A stretch of DNA of 50,640 bases from Ruminiclostridium sp. (lineage in GTDB: Bacteria; Bacillota; Clostridia; Oscillospirales; Oscillospiraceae), in contig JAFYPT010000139.1 of NCBI GenBank assembly GCA_017547425.1, positions 1-50,640 of the forward strand, in the 5' to 3' direction. The notes below the pieces were generated by a model. The model saw only the letters and a list, made by a program, of their open reading frames with translations. It had not been told where the DNA came from and searched no databases. Made by a program: the position numbers and the translations under genes. Positions 9,873 through 19,159 of the stretch are shown in pieces. Every line of letters starts with the position of its first letter. Within the stretch, counting starts at the first letter, position 1.

Positions 9873-11252
9873 TCATACACTTCCTTTCTTTGGATGATTC
9901 ATGGCGTTGAGAGCTTTTCGGAACCGAGCAGAGAACAGAACCACCGTAAAAATCACAGCCATCACGTCTGCCACAGGTTCGGCCATATAAACACCCAGGG
10001 TTTGATTCTCTACCAACTGAGGCATCAAATAGATAAGCGGCAGCAGGAGAACAAATTTCCGCACCACAGCCACCAGGATGGAAGAGCCAGCATACCCAAG
10101 GGCGACAAAGGTCAGTTGGCAGGCCGTCTGGATGCCAAAAATCACGATGGCCCCACAGTACACCGGAAGTACCCGGCTGGCAAAGGCCAAAAGCTCTGGG
10201 TCTGGGGTGAACATTGCCGCAAAAAGCTCCGGGAAGAGCAGCACCAGAAGCCAAAGGACGAATGCATAGGCGACGCTGACCTTTAGAAGCAGAAACACGG
10301 TTTCTTTTACCCGCTGGACATTCCCCGCTCCGTAGTTAAAGCTGGTGATGGGTTGAGCACCCTGTCCCAGGCCCTGCAGAGGAAGCAGCGCAAATTGCAT
10401 CACACTGGTCAGGATGGTCATAGCCCCTACCGCCACATCCCCACCGTATTTCAGCAGGGATGCATTGAAGCAAACAAAGACCACACTCTCACTGGATTGC
10501 ATGATGAAGGGAGACAGGCCCAAGGCCAAACAAGGGGCCAAAAGCTTCCAGTCAAGCTGGAGGTATTCCTTTCGCACCCGCCAGATAGTCTTTTTTCCAA
10601 AAAGGAAGGCCATGACCCAACCACAGGAAATACCCTGAGAAATGACAGTTGCCAGAGCGGCTCCCCGGACACCCATGTCCAGGCCAAAGATCAAAATCGG
10701 GTCCAGAATAATATTACAGACAGCGCCGATAAGAACGGTGTACATACTGGTTTTCGCAAAGCCCTGGGCCGTGATATAAGCATTCATTCCCAGGGTTAGC
10801 TGGACAAAAAGGGTGCCAACTGCATAGATGTTCATATAGGCCACGGCATACTCGATGGTGTTTTCGCTGCCGCCAAAAGCCAAAAGAAGATCACGATTCC
10901 AAAGAAGCAGAATCGCGGTCAGCCCTAAAGAGGTCACCACTTGAAGGGTCAGACAGCCGCCCATGATTTTTTCCGATGCCTTCGTGTCCCCGCGCCCCAT
11001 GGCGATGGAGGCACGAGGGGCACCACCGGCACTTATGAGGTATGCAAAGGCAGAAATGAACAGAATAACAGGCAGGCAAATACCGACACCTGTAAGGGCC
11101 AAGTCTCCATCCACAGCCATATGGCCAATATAAATGCGGTCTACCATATTGTAGAGCATATTGATGAGTTGAGCAGCCACTGTAGGCAATGCCATCTTCC
11201 ATAAAAGGGAACTGATCTTTTCACTTCCCAATCGTTGTTTATGATCCTTCAT
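9873..11252 (-). CDS. MATE family efflux transporter
   Basis: LYNMVDRIYIG, NIILDPILIF, GAALATVISQ; about 12 TM helices. Confidence 0.93.
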   Translation of the reverse strand: MKDHKQRLGSEKISSLLWKMALPTVAAQLINMLYNMVDRIYIGHMAVDGDLALTGVGICLPVILFISAFAYLISAGGAPRASIAMGRGDTKASEKIMGGCLTLQVVTSLGLTAILLLWNRDLLLAFGGSENTIEYAVAYMNIYAVGTLFVQLTLGMNAYITAQGFAKTSMYTVLIGAVCNIILDPILIFGLDMGVRGAALATVISQGISCGWVMAFLFGKKTIWRVRKEYLQLDWKLLAPCLALGLSPFIMQSSESVVFVCFNASLLKYGGDVAVGAMTILTSVMQFALLPLQGLGQGAQPITSFNYGAGNVQRVKETVFLLLKVSVAYAFVLWLLVLLFPELFAAMFTPDPELLAFASRVLPVYCGAIVIFGIQTACQLTFVALGYAGSSILVAVVRKFVLLLPLIYLMPQLVENQTLGVYMAEPVADVMAVIFTVVLFSARFRKALNAMNHPKKGSV

Positions 11253-11412
11253 GTTTCACCTGGAGAACGTATAGTATGATTGATTTCATTTTACTAGGTC
11301 GGAAAACTTTGTCAAGTAAGTCCGTCAATAAGACCGTTTCATTTAGGGTGTTGCATCCGAAGGGATTTCACGATACAATACCCATGGAATTTAGTAAAGG
11401 AGTTGATCTCCC

Positions 11413-12450
11413 ATGGAACAGGAGCACAAGCGCCGTGTTCGCTATAAAGGCACTCACCCCCGCAATTACCGGGAAAAATATAAAGAGCTGAACCCTGAAA
11501 AGTACCAGGACGATGTGGCCAAGATCATCCAGAGCGGCAAGACTCCCGCCGGGATGCACATTTCCATCATGGTCAATGAGATCCTGGAATTCCTGAACAT
11601 CCAGCCCGGCCAGATCGGCCTGGACGCCACCCTGGGCTACGGCGGCCACACTCGCCGGATGCTGGAAAAGCTCCAGGGTCAGGGGCACATGTATGCCACC
11701 GATGTGGATCCCATCGAGTCCGAAAAGACCCGGGCCCGTCTGGAGTCCCTTGGCTTTGGTCCTGAGATCCTCACCATCCGTCGGATGAATTTTGCTGACC
11801 TGGACCAGGTGGCTCCCGACCAGAAGTTCGACTTCATTCTGGCCGACTTGGGCGTCTCCTCTATGCAGATTGACAACCCCGAGCGTGGGTTCACCTTCAA
11901 GTACGACGGTCCTCTGGACCTTCGTCTGGACCCCACCACCGGTGTCACCGCCGCCCAGAGGCTCCGGGAGCTGGACCGGGAGGAGCTGGCCGCCATGCTG
12001 GTGGAAAACTCTGACGAACCCTATGCCGAGCAGATCGCCAAGGCCATCATCACCGTGTTCAAGAAGAAGGGGACCATCGAGACCACCCGACAGCTGGCTG
12101 ACGTCATCGAGCAGGCCCTCTCCTTCCTGCCTGCCAGGGAGAAAAAGGAAGCTGTGAAGAAGTCCTGCCAGCGGACTTTCCAGGCTCTTCGCATCGATGT
12201 GAATAGTGAGTTCGAGGTCCTCTACTCCTTCCTGGAAAAACTGCCCTCTGTCCTGAAACCCGGCGGCAAGGTTGCGGTCCTCACCTTCCACTCCGGCGAA
12301 GACCGTCTGGTAAAGAAGTCCTTCAAGCAGCTTCAGAAGGATGGTGTCTACAGCGACGCCGCCAAGGACGTCATCCGCCCCTCTGCCGAGGAGTGTTTCC
12401 AGAACCCCAGAGCCAAATCCACCAAGATGCGCTGGGCCATCAAAGCCTGA
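11413..12450 (+). CDS. rsmH: 16S rRNA m4C1402 methyltransferase RsmH homologue with basic N-terminal extension
   Basis: DATLGYGGH, DLGVSSMQID..ERGF, FQALRIDVN, TFHSGEDRLVK, NPRAKS.K.R motifs. Confidence 0.85.
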   Translation: MEQEHKRRVRYKGTHPRNYREKYKELNPEKYQDDVAKIIQSGKTPAGMHISIMVNEILEFLNIQPGQIGLDATLGYGGHTRRMLEKLQGQGHMYATDVDPIESEKTRARLESLGFGPEILTIRRMNFADLDQVAPDQKFDFILADLGVSSMQIDNPERGFTFKYDGPLDLRLDPTTGVTAAQRLRELDREELAAMLVENSDEPYAEQIAKAIITVFKKKGTIETTRQLADVIEQALSFLPAREKKEAVKKSCQRTFQALRIDVNSEFEVLYSFLEKLPSVLKPGGKVAVLTFHSGEDRLVKKSFKQLQKDGVYSDAAKDVIRPSAEECFQNPRAKSTKMRWAIKA

Positions 12451-12457
12451 TGAGTAT

Positions 12458-12497
12458 CCCCATCTGTCATTCATTCTATATGGCAGATGGGGTTTTT
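12458..12497 (+). terminator. Intrinsic terminator after rsmH
   Basis: CCCCATCTGTCAT...ATGGCAGATGGGG followed by TTTTT. Confidence 0.8.
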
Positions 12498-12529
12498 CGT
12501 TCTTTCCAAGCTGTTTCCCTCTGCTAACC

Positions 12530-12584
12530 TTGACAAACACACGTGAAAACCCTATGATATACATTGAGTTTATATGGACTCAAT
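12530..12584 (+). promoter_or_regulatory. Sigma-A promoter of feoAB with downstream palindromic operator
   Basis: TTGACA(12530)-17 bp-TATGAT(12553); ATTGAGT-N8-ACTCAAT at 12563-12584. Confidence 0.65.
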
Positions 12585-12607
12585 TACTTTGGAAAGGATA
12601 CCCCGCT

Positions 12608-14968
12608 ATGACTCTAAATAATCTGGAGCTGGGTGCCTCTGCCGTTATCACAGCCGTGGGCGGCGAGGGTTCCCTGCGACAGCATTTTCTCGATATGGGT
12701 GTGATTCCCGGCGCGGAGGTCACCCTGATGAAATACGCTCCTATGGGCGACCCCATGGAGCTTCGTATCCACGGGTATGAACTGACCCTCCGCCTGGCGG
12801 ATGCCCAAAAGATCCAGGTCACGCCGATGGAGTACACCAAAGAACACGGCCCTATCTTCTTTGGCCCCACCACTCCGGATAACCGGGCCCATCCCGGCCT
12901 GGGTGAGGGCGGCAAGTTCCACGTAAAGGCCGACGAGAACCCCCTGTCTGAGGGCAGTCTGCTGACCTTTGCACTGGCCGGGAACCAGAACTGCGGCAAA
13001 ACCACCCTCTTCAACCAGCTCACCGGCTCCAAGCAGCATGTGGGTAACTTCCCCGGTGTCACAGTGGACCGGAAGAGCGGTGCCATTCGGGGGTATGACA
13101 ACACCGAGGTCACCGACCTGCCGGGTATCTACTCCCTCTCCCCCTATACCAGCGAGGAGATTGTCTCCCGCCAGTTCATTCTGGACGAAAAGCCCACTGG
13201 CATCATCAACATCGTGGATGCCACCAACATTGAGCGAAATCTCTACCTGACCATGCAGCTCATGGAGCTGGACATCCCCATGGTCCTGGCCCTGAACATG
13301 ATGGACGAGGTCCGGGGCAACGGCGGTTCCATCCACATCAATGAGATGGAGGAGCTCCTGGGCATTCCCGTGGTTCCCATCGTGGCAGCCAAGAACGAAG
13401 GGGTGGCCGAGCTGGTGAGCCACGCTGTCCATGTGGCCCAGTATCAGGAACGTCCCGGCCGCACCGACTTCTGTGACAAGAACGACCACGGCGGCGCTGT
13501 TCATCGCTGTCTCCATGGCATCATGCACCTCATTGAGGACCATGCTGCCGCTGCTGGTATCCCGGTACGTTTCGCTGCCAGCAAGCTGGTAGAGGGAGAC
13601 ACCATGGTCCTGGATGCTCTTCATCTTTCCCAGAACGAAAAAGAGATGCTGGAGCACATCATCTGCCAGATGGAGGAGGAACGCGGTCTGGACCGCTCTG
13701 CCGCCATGGCGGACATGCGCTTTGCCTTCATCCAGAAGCTCTGCCGTCAGACCGTGGTGAAACCCCGAGAGAGCAAGGAGCACGAGCGGAGCCGGAAGCT
13801 AGACAAGTTCCTCACTGGCAAGTACACGGCCATTCCCGCTTTCGTGGGCATCATGGCTGTGATCTTCTGGCTGACCTTCAATGTGGTGGGTGCCTGGCTC
13901 CAGGGACTTCTGGAAACGGGCATCGGATGGCTCACCGAGGCGGTGGACAACGCCTTTACCGCCTGGAATGTGAACGATGCCCTCCACTCCCTGGTGATTG
14001 ACGGCGTCTTCAACGGTGTGGGCAGCGTGCTGAGCTTTGTCCCGGTCATCGTGGTGTTGTTCTTCTTCCTGTCCCTCCTGGAGGACAGCGGATATATGGC
14101 CCGTGTGGCCTTCGTGATGGATAAGCTTCTACGAAAGATCGGCCTCTCCGGGCGGAGCATCGTCCCCATGCTTATTGGCTTCGGCTGTACCGTCCCCGGT
14201 GTCATGGCCAGCCGGACCCTGCCCTCCGAGCGGGACCGCAAGATGACCATCATGCTCACCCCCTTCATGAGCTGCTCTGCCAAGCTGCCCATTTACGGCT
14301 TCCTCACCGCTGCCTTCTTCCCGGGCCACGGCGGCCTCATCATGGTGGGCCTGTACTTCCTGGGGATACTGGTGGGCATCCTGGTGGCCCTTCTGTCCAA
14401 GAACACCATGTTCCGGGGTGAGGCCGTGCCTTTCGTCATGGAGCTGCCCAACTACCGGATGCCCGGTGCCAAGAACGTGGCCCATCTGCTGTGGGACAAG
14501 GCCAAAGACTTCCTCCAGCGTGCCTTCACTGTCATCTTCCTGGCCACCATCGTCATCTGGTTCCTCCAGAGCTTTGACTTCCAGCTGAACATGGTCAGCG
14601 ACTCCCAGAACAGCATGCTGGCCATGGTGGCCGGTCTCATCGCCCCGGTGTTCACCCCTCTGGGCTTCGGGGACTGGCGGATCTCCACTGCCCTCATCGC
14701 CGGTTTCATGGCCAAGGAGAGCGTGGTCTCCACCATCACCGTCCTCTTCGGCTCCACCCAGGCTCTGCTGACCGCCATCTCTCCCCTGGCGGCTCTCTGC
14801 CTGCTGGTCTTCTGCCTGCTCTACACCCCCTGTGTGGCCGCCATTGCTTCCGTCAAGCAGGAGCTGGGCGGAAAATGGGCTGTCTTCGTGGTGGTTGCCC
14901 AATGTGCGATTGCCTGGGTGGTTGCCTTGGTTGTCCGTCTCATCGGGCTTGTCGTCGGCCTCGGATAA
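12608..14968 (+). CDS. feoB: Ferrous iron transporter FeoB with fused N-terminal FeoA domain
   Basis: FeoA (DMGVIPGAEV..APMGDP), G1 GNQNCGKT, VGNFPGVTV, DLPGIYSL, NMMD, EDSGYMAR, MELPNY, LYTPC; ATG at 12608 after GGAAAGGA. Confidence 0.95.
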   Translation: MTLNNLELGASAVITAVGGEGSLRQHFLDMGVIPGAEVTLMKYAPMGDPMELRIHGYELTLRLADAQKIQVTPMEYTKEHGPIFFGPTTPDNRAHPGLGEGGKFHVKADENPLSEGSLLTFALAGNQNCGKTTLFNQLTGSKQHVGNFPGVTVDRKSGAIRGYDNTEVTDLPGIYSLSPYTSEEIVSRQFILDEKPTGIINIVDATNIERNLYLTMQLMELDIPMVLALNMMDEVRGNGGSIHINEMEELLGIPVVPIVAAKNEGVAELVSHAVHVAQYQERPGRTDFCDKNDHGGAVHRCLHGIMHLIEDHAAAAGIPVRFAASKLVEGDTMVLDALHLSQNEKEMLEHIICQMEEERGLDRSAAMADMRFAFIQKLCRQTVVKPRESKEHERSRKLDKFLTGKYTAIPAFVGIMAVIFWLTFNVVGAWLQGLLETGIGWLTEAVDNAFTAWNVNDALHSLVIDGVFNGVGSVLSFVPVIVVLFFFLSLLEDSGYMARVAFVMDKLLRKIGLSGRSIVPMLIGFGCTVPGVMASRTLPSERDRKMTIMLTPFMSCSAKLPIYGFLTAAFFPGHGGLIMVGLYFLGILVGILVALLSKNTMFRGEAVPFVMELPNYRMPGAKNVAHLLWDKAKDFLQRAFTVIFLATIVIWFLQSFDFQLNMVSDSQNSMLAMVAGLIAPVFTPLGFGDWRISTALIAGFMAKESVVSTITVLFGSTQALLTAISPLAALCLLVFCLLYTPCVAAIASVKQELGGKWAVFVVVAQCAIAWVVALVVRLIGLVVGLG

Positions 14969-15093
14969 GTGATAAGGATTGTTTGTTCATAATTTTTATA
15001 TTATGTTATTGCATTTATCTGAAAAATGCGATAGAATCTTTAAAGCTGTGAACAAGCAGCGAGAAATCATTTTTATCATTGGAGAAAGAGAAT

Positions 15094-16467
15094 ATGGCAA
15101 GAGAACAATTAGGCAGTCGCCTCGGCTTTATTCTGCTGAGCGCAGGCTGTGCCATCGGTGTGGGCAACGTTTGGAAGTTCCCCTACATGGCCGGCCAGTA
15201 TGGTGGCGGCGCATTCGTGCTGATCTACCTGTTCTTCCTGGTGGTTATGGGTCTTCCTGTTCTGACCATCGAATTTTCTCTGGGTCGTGCCGCCCAGAAG
15301 AGTCCCGTTATGCTGTACCAGCAGTTGGCACCTGCGGGATCCAAATGGCACTATCATGGCAAAGCCGCTATGTTCGGCAACTATGTGCTCATGATGTTCT
15401 ACACTGCAGTGGCTGGCTGGATGATCACCTACTTCGTGAACACTGCAAAGGGTACCTACAGCAGCATGACCCCCGACGAAGTCGGCGCCGCCTTTGGTGC
15501 TCTGACCGGTGACCCTGTCACCATGTACATCTACACCGCCATCGTCATTGTAGTTGGCTTCCTGGTGTGTTCCTTCAGCCTTCAGGGCGGTCTGGAACGC
15601 GTCACCAAGTTCATGATGCTGGCCCTGCTGGCCATCATGGTCATTCTGGCCATCCAGAGCTTCACCATGGACGGTGCCAAGGAAGGTCTGTCCTTCTATC
15701 TGAAGCCTGACCTGGGCAAGATGCAGGAAATTGGCATTGGCAACGTCATCGTCGGTGCGATGAACCAGGCCTTCTTCACTCTGAGCCTTGGTATCGGCTC
15801 CATGGCCATCTTTGGCAGTTATCTGGATAAGAAGCGCTCCCTGCTGGGCGAGTCCGTGAACGTGGTCCTGCTGGACACCTTCGTGGCTCTGACTGCCGGC
15901 CTCATCATCTTCCCCGCCTGCTTCACCTATGATGTGGAAGTGGGTGCAGGCCCTGGCCTGATTTTCGTTACCCTGCCCAACGTGTTCAACAATATGCCCA
16001 TGGGTAATGTCTGGGGTGCTCTGTTCTTCCTGTTCATGGTCTTTGCTGCCATGTCCACCGTTTTTGCGGTCTTTGAGAACATCATCGCCTGCTGCATGGA
16101 CCTGTGGGGCTGGACCCGTAAGAAGGCTTGCGCCATCAACTGCGTTGCCTTCCTGTTCCTCTGCCTGCCCTGCATCTTGGGCTTCAATGTCCTGTCCGAC
16201 ATTCATCCTCTGGGCGGCTCCACCAACCTGATGGATCTGGAAGACTTCATCGTCAGCAACGTCCTGCTGCCTCTGGGTTCTGTCTGCTTCGTTCTGTTCG
16301 CCACCACCAAGAAGGGTTGGGGCTGGAAGAACCTGATGGCAGAGGCCAACTCCGGCACTGGTCTGAAGATGCAGAACTGGATGCGTGGCTACATCACCTA
16401 TGTCCTGCCCGTCATCGTTGTTATCCTGTTTGTGGTTGGCGTTCTGACCTTCTTTGGTCTGATGTAA
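15094..16467 (+). CDS. Sodium-dependent transporter, NSS (neurotransmitter:sodium symporter) family
   Basis: GCAIGVGNVWKFPY...GGGAF, QAFFTLSLG, GPGLIF motifs. Confidence 0.93.
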   Translation: MAREQLGSRLGFILLSAGCAIGVGNVWKFPYMAGQYGGGAFVLIYLFFLVVMGLPVLTIEFSLGRAAQKSPVMLYQQLAPAGSKWHYHGKAAMFGNYVLMMFYTAVAGWMITYFVNTAKGTYSSMTPDEVGAAFGALTGDPVTMYIYTAIVIVVGFLVCSFSLQGGLERVTKFMMLALLAIMVILAIQSFTMDGAKEGLSFYLKPDLGKMQEIGIGNVIVGAMNQAFFTLSLGIGSMAIFGSYLDKKRSLLGESVNVVLLDTFVALTAGLIIFPACFTYDVEVGAGPGLIFVTLPNVFNNMPMGNVWGALFFLFMVFAAMSTVFAVFENIIACCMDLWGWTRKKACAINCVAFLFLCLPCILGFNVLSDIHPLGGSTNLMDLEDFIVSNVLLPLGSVCFVLFATTKKGWGWKNLMAEANSGTGLKMQNWMRGYITYVLPVIVVILFVVGVLTFFGLM

Positions 16468-16480
16468 ATACAATAGTTTT

Positions 16481-16516
16481 AAAGTACCACCGGAATGGTT
16501 CCGGTGGTGCTTTTTT
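16481..16516 (+). terminator. Intrinsic terminator
   Basis: AAAGTACCACCGGAA-tgg-TTCCGGTGGTGCTTTTTT. Confidence 0.8.
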
Positions 16517-16517
16517 C

Positions 16518-16573
16518 TTGACATTAGCGATATTCGATAATATAATTGAGACAGATAATAACGATATTCGATA
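16518..16573 (+). promoter_or_regulatory. Consensus sigma-A promoter with a repeated 12-bp operator candidate
   Basis: TTGACA(16518)-17 bp-TATAAT(16541); CGATATTCGATA at 16528-16539 and 16562-16573. Confidence 0.8.
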
Positions 16574-16590
16574 TAGAAAGGATGGTGTCT

Positions 16591-16914
16591 ATGGCCAGAG
16601 AAAAATTCCGCACCCTCACCGAGCAGATGTTCTATGTCCTGCTGTGTCTGCGCACGGAATACTGCGGCATGGACATCATGGAGCAGGTGAAAACTATCAC
16701 CGACGGACGGGTCTCCATCGGCCCTGGTACCCTGTATAACCTTTTGGAACAATTTCAGACAGCCGGTATGATTCGGGAAACCAAGGTGGAAGGCCGCCGG
16801 AGAAGTTATATATTAACGGAAAAAGGGGCTTCTACCTTGGATTCCGAATACAAGAGGCTCTGCCAGCAGGCCCAGGATTACCGTCGTTTCTTTGGAAAGG
16901 AGGAGGCACCATGA
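16591..16914 (+). CDS. PadR family transcriptional regulator
   Basis: GPGTLYNLL and RRRSYILTEKG winged-helix motifs. Confidence 0.92.
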   Translation: MAREKFRTLTEQMFYVLLCLRTEYCGMDIMEQVKTITDGRVSIGPGTLYNLLEQFQTAGMIRETKVEGRRRSYILTEKGASTLDSEYKRLCQQAQDYRRFFGKEEAP

Positions 16915-18302
16915 AGGATAAGAAAAGACGACTTGAAATCATTTCCTTTTATGACCACACCGGTGTGGCCAGGCACCTGGAAGAGATGGCCGCCAAAGGA
17001 TGGCTTCTGGAGAAGATCTCCAACGGCTTGTGGTGCTACCGCAAAATCGAACCGGCTGCCATCCGGTTTGCTGTGACCTACTTCCCCAAAGCCTCCGACT
17101 TCGACCCTAAGCCTTCGGAAAGTCAGCAGACCTTTGTGGACTACTGTGCCCAGAGTGGCTGGAAACTGGCCGGTCTCTCTGCCCAGATGCAGGTCTTTTA
17201 CAATGAAGGCCCCAACCCGGTCCCCATCGAGACAGACCCTGTCCTTCAGGTAGAAAACATTCACAGGGCCATGAAGCGGAACTTCCTGCCCGCCAATCTG
17301 GTCCTCCTTCTTTGCGGCTTGTTCCAATTTGGAATGGCCCTGTGGCAGATGATCTCCAATCCCCTCTATGCCCTGTTCAACAACTACACCTGGGCTTCCC
17401 TTGTTCCATGGTCTCTGGTCATTATCCTGACCTCGACGGAAATCATTTCCTATCTCCGATGGCATAAGAAATCAAAAACGGCTGCTTGGGAGGAAGGCAT
17501 TCTTCTCCCCACACGAAGCACACGGCCACTTCAAATTGCTGTGCTCGTGATTCTAGCCATCTTCCTTTTCTTCTGGTTCCTGTCTCTGGGGGGTGGTTCC
17601 AACCTGATTGTAGCACTCCTCTCCTTCGGCTATATGACCCTGCTGTTTGTTCTGGTCTTCTTGCTGAAATCCTTCCTGAAGAAGAAGCAGGTCCGCACCA
17701 ACGTGAATCGAATCGTGACCTTCACCGCTTGCTTTGTTCTGGCCTTCGGCCTCATGGCCCTGTTGGTGGCAGCCATCATGCGCGCTGACCTGACCACTCT
17801 ATTCAACGACAACTCCGATGTAGAAACCTATACGTTCAAAGGCTCCACCTTCCGCATCTACCAGGACGAACTCCCTCTGACTGTAGAAGACCTGACGGAA
17901 ATAGAGGAAGATGCCCGCTATTCCTACTATGCCGAGGAAAAAAGCTCTTTCCTGGCCTACAAGCTGGAAGCAGACCAGTCCCCTACCCTGGACAATTTGG
18001 ATCCCCCCGACCTGACATACACCCTCATCGAAGTAAAGTTCTCGCCTTTGTATGATATCTTCCGCAAGGAACTTTTGACCCAGTACGAGTACCGCAACGA
18101 ATATACCGACTACCACTACCAATTTGTCCCGGTGGACCCCTCCCCTTGGAAGGCAGAGGAAGCCTATCAACTCTGCTATGGTGCGGATTCCATGGAAGAA
18201 TACCTGATTTTCTGGGAAGATACCCTGTTGGAGATTCATTATGATTGGCAGCCTACCCCGGAACAGATAGCCATTACAGCAGAAAAACTTCATCCCCATT
18301 GA
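16911..18302 (+). CDS. DUF2812-domain membrane protein
   Basis: LEEMAAKGWLL and SGW repeats typical of DUF2812, four TM helices; ATGA-coupled to padR. Confidence 0.8.
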   Translation: MKDKKRRLEIISFYDHTGVARHLEEMAAKGWLLEKISNGLWCYRKIEPAAIRFAVTYFPKASDFDPKPSESQQTFVDYCAQSGWKLAGLSAQMQVFYNEGPNPVPIETDPVLQVENIHRAMKRNFLPANLVLLLCGLFQFGMALWQMISNPLYALFNNYTWASLVPWSLVIILTSTEIISYLRWHKKSKTAAWEEGILLPTRSTRPLQIAVLVILAIFLFFWFLSLGGGSNLIVALLSFGYMTLLFVLVFLLKSFLKKKQVRTNVNRIVTFTACFVLAFGLMALLVAAIMRADLTTLFNDNSDVETYTFKGSTFRIYQDELPLTVEDLTEIEEDARYSYYAEEKSSFLAYKLEADQSPTLDNLDPPDLTYTLIEVKFSPLYDIFRKELLTQYEYRNEYTDYHYQFVPVDPSPWKAEEAYQLCYGADSMEEYLIFWEDTLLEIHYDWQPTPEQIAITAEKLHPH

Positions 18303-18305
18303 GTT

Positions 18306-18343
18306 GTGTCCCTCCCGAGTCCTTCGGGAGGGACACCTTTTTT
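18306..18343 (+). terminator. Intrinsic terminator
   Basis: GTGTCCCTCCCGA...TCGGGAGGGACAC followed by a T-run. Confidence 0.8.
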
Positions 18344-18410
18344 GAAAATCTTGACGAATTCCCCAGATGAAGATACAATCAAGGCAAAGAAAGCAACTTG
18401 GAGGTGCCCC

Positions 18411-19124
18411 ATGAACAGTAAGATTCGAGAGCTCATTTGCTTGGATACCCAACCTGTAGCCGTCATCAAAACGGATGCTATGCCGGACGGCGCCCTGCAG
18501 TTTAAGGAAGGCGCCACCAGTGGCTGTATGATTGGCATGCTCACCGCCGCTTCCAAAGGAAAAACCGCCGTCTTTACGGACTGTACCACCGGATGCAACG
18601 GTGCCAAAGTGGGTCTGGGGTTTGCCCAGATGCAGCCCGGTCCCATCGTGAACTTCCTGTCCACCGGTGGTCCCATGCCTGGTGAGTTTTATAAGAAGAC
18701 CCCTGCGTTGGCCCTGGACTTCGTACAGGGCATGCCGGAACCTCAGCCCAAGTCCTGTCTGGTTTTGAAACCTCTGGATCAGGTCACAGAAGAGGAAACT
18801 CCCGTTACCGTGGTTTTTTTGGTGAACCCTGACCAGCTCTCCGGTCTGTGTACCCTGGCCCACTACGACCAGCCCACCCAAGACACGGTAGTGACCCGGT
18901 TTGGCTCTGGCTGTGCCCAGTCCATTCTTTTTCCCATGATGGACAGCGAAGCCGGAAGCAAACGGTGTACCATCGGAATCACCGACCCCTCCGCTCGTGC
19001 CCACTTTGACAAAAACCTCCTCTCCTTCGCCATCCCCTATGCCCGGTTCCTGGAAATGGAGGCCAATGCCGAAGGCAGCTTCCTCACCAAAGAAACTTGG
19101 GCCCAGGTAAAAAAGCGAATGTGA
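18411..19124 (+). CDS. DUF169-family protein
   Basis: GCNGAKVGLGF, NPDQLSGL..LA, FGSGC and D.SAR motifs; ATG at 18411 after GGAGGT. Confidence 0.75.
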   Translation: MNSKIRELICLDTQPVAVIKTDAMPDGALQFKEGATSGCMIGMLTAASKGKTAVFTDCTTGCNGAKVGLGFAQMQPGPIVNFLSTGGPMPGEFYKKTPALALDFVQGMPEPQPKSCLVLKPLDQVTEEETPVTVVFLVNPDQLSGLCTLAHYDQPTQDTVVTRFGSGCAQSILFPMMDSEAGSKRCTIGITDPSARAHFDKNLLSFAIPYARFLEMEANAEGSFLTKETWAQVKKRM

Positions 19125-19159
19125 TTCAATAATCAGACCATAGAAAGAAGTCGATCCCC

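Noticed and set aside
12341-12607. N-terminal extension of FeoB in the ORF track
   Set aside because: It overlaps rsmH, a terminator and the promoter; the RBS supports ATG at 12608.
15109-16752. 547-aa minus-strand ORF and many similar 200-400 aa antisense ORFs (e.g. 12614-13783, 30856-31857, 43210-44358)
   Set aside because: They lie opposite well-supported genes and have the H/Q/G/V-rich composition typical of shadow frames.
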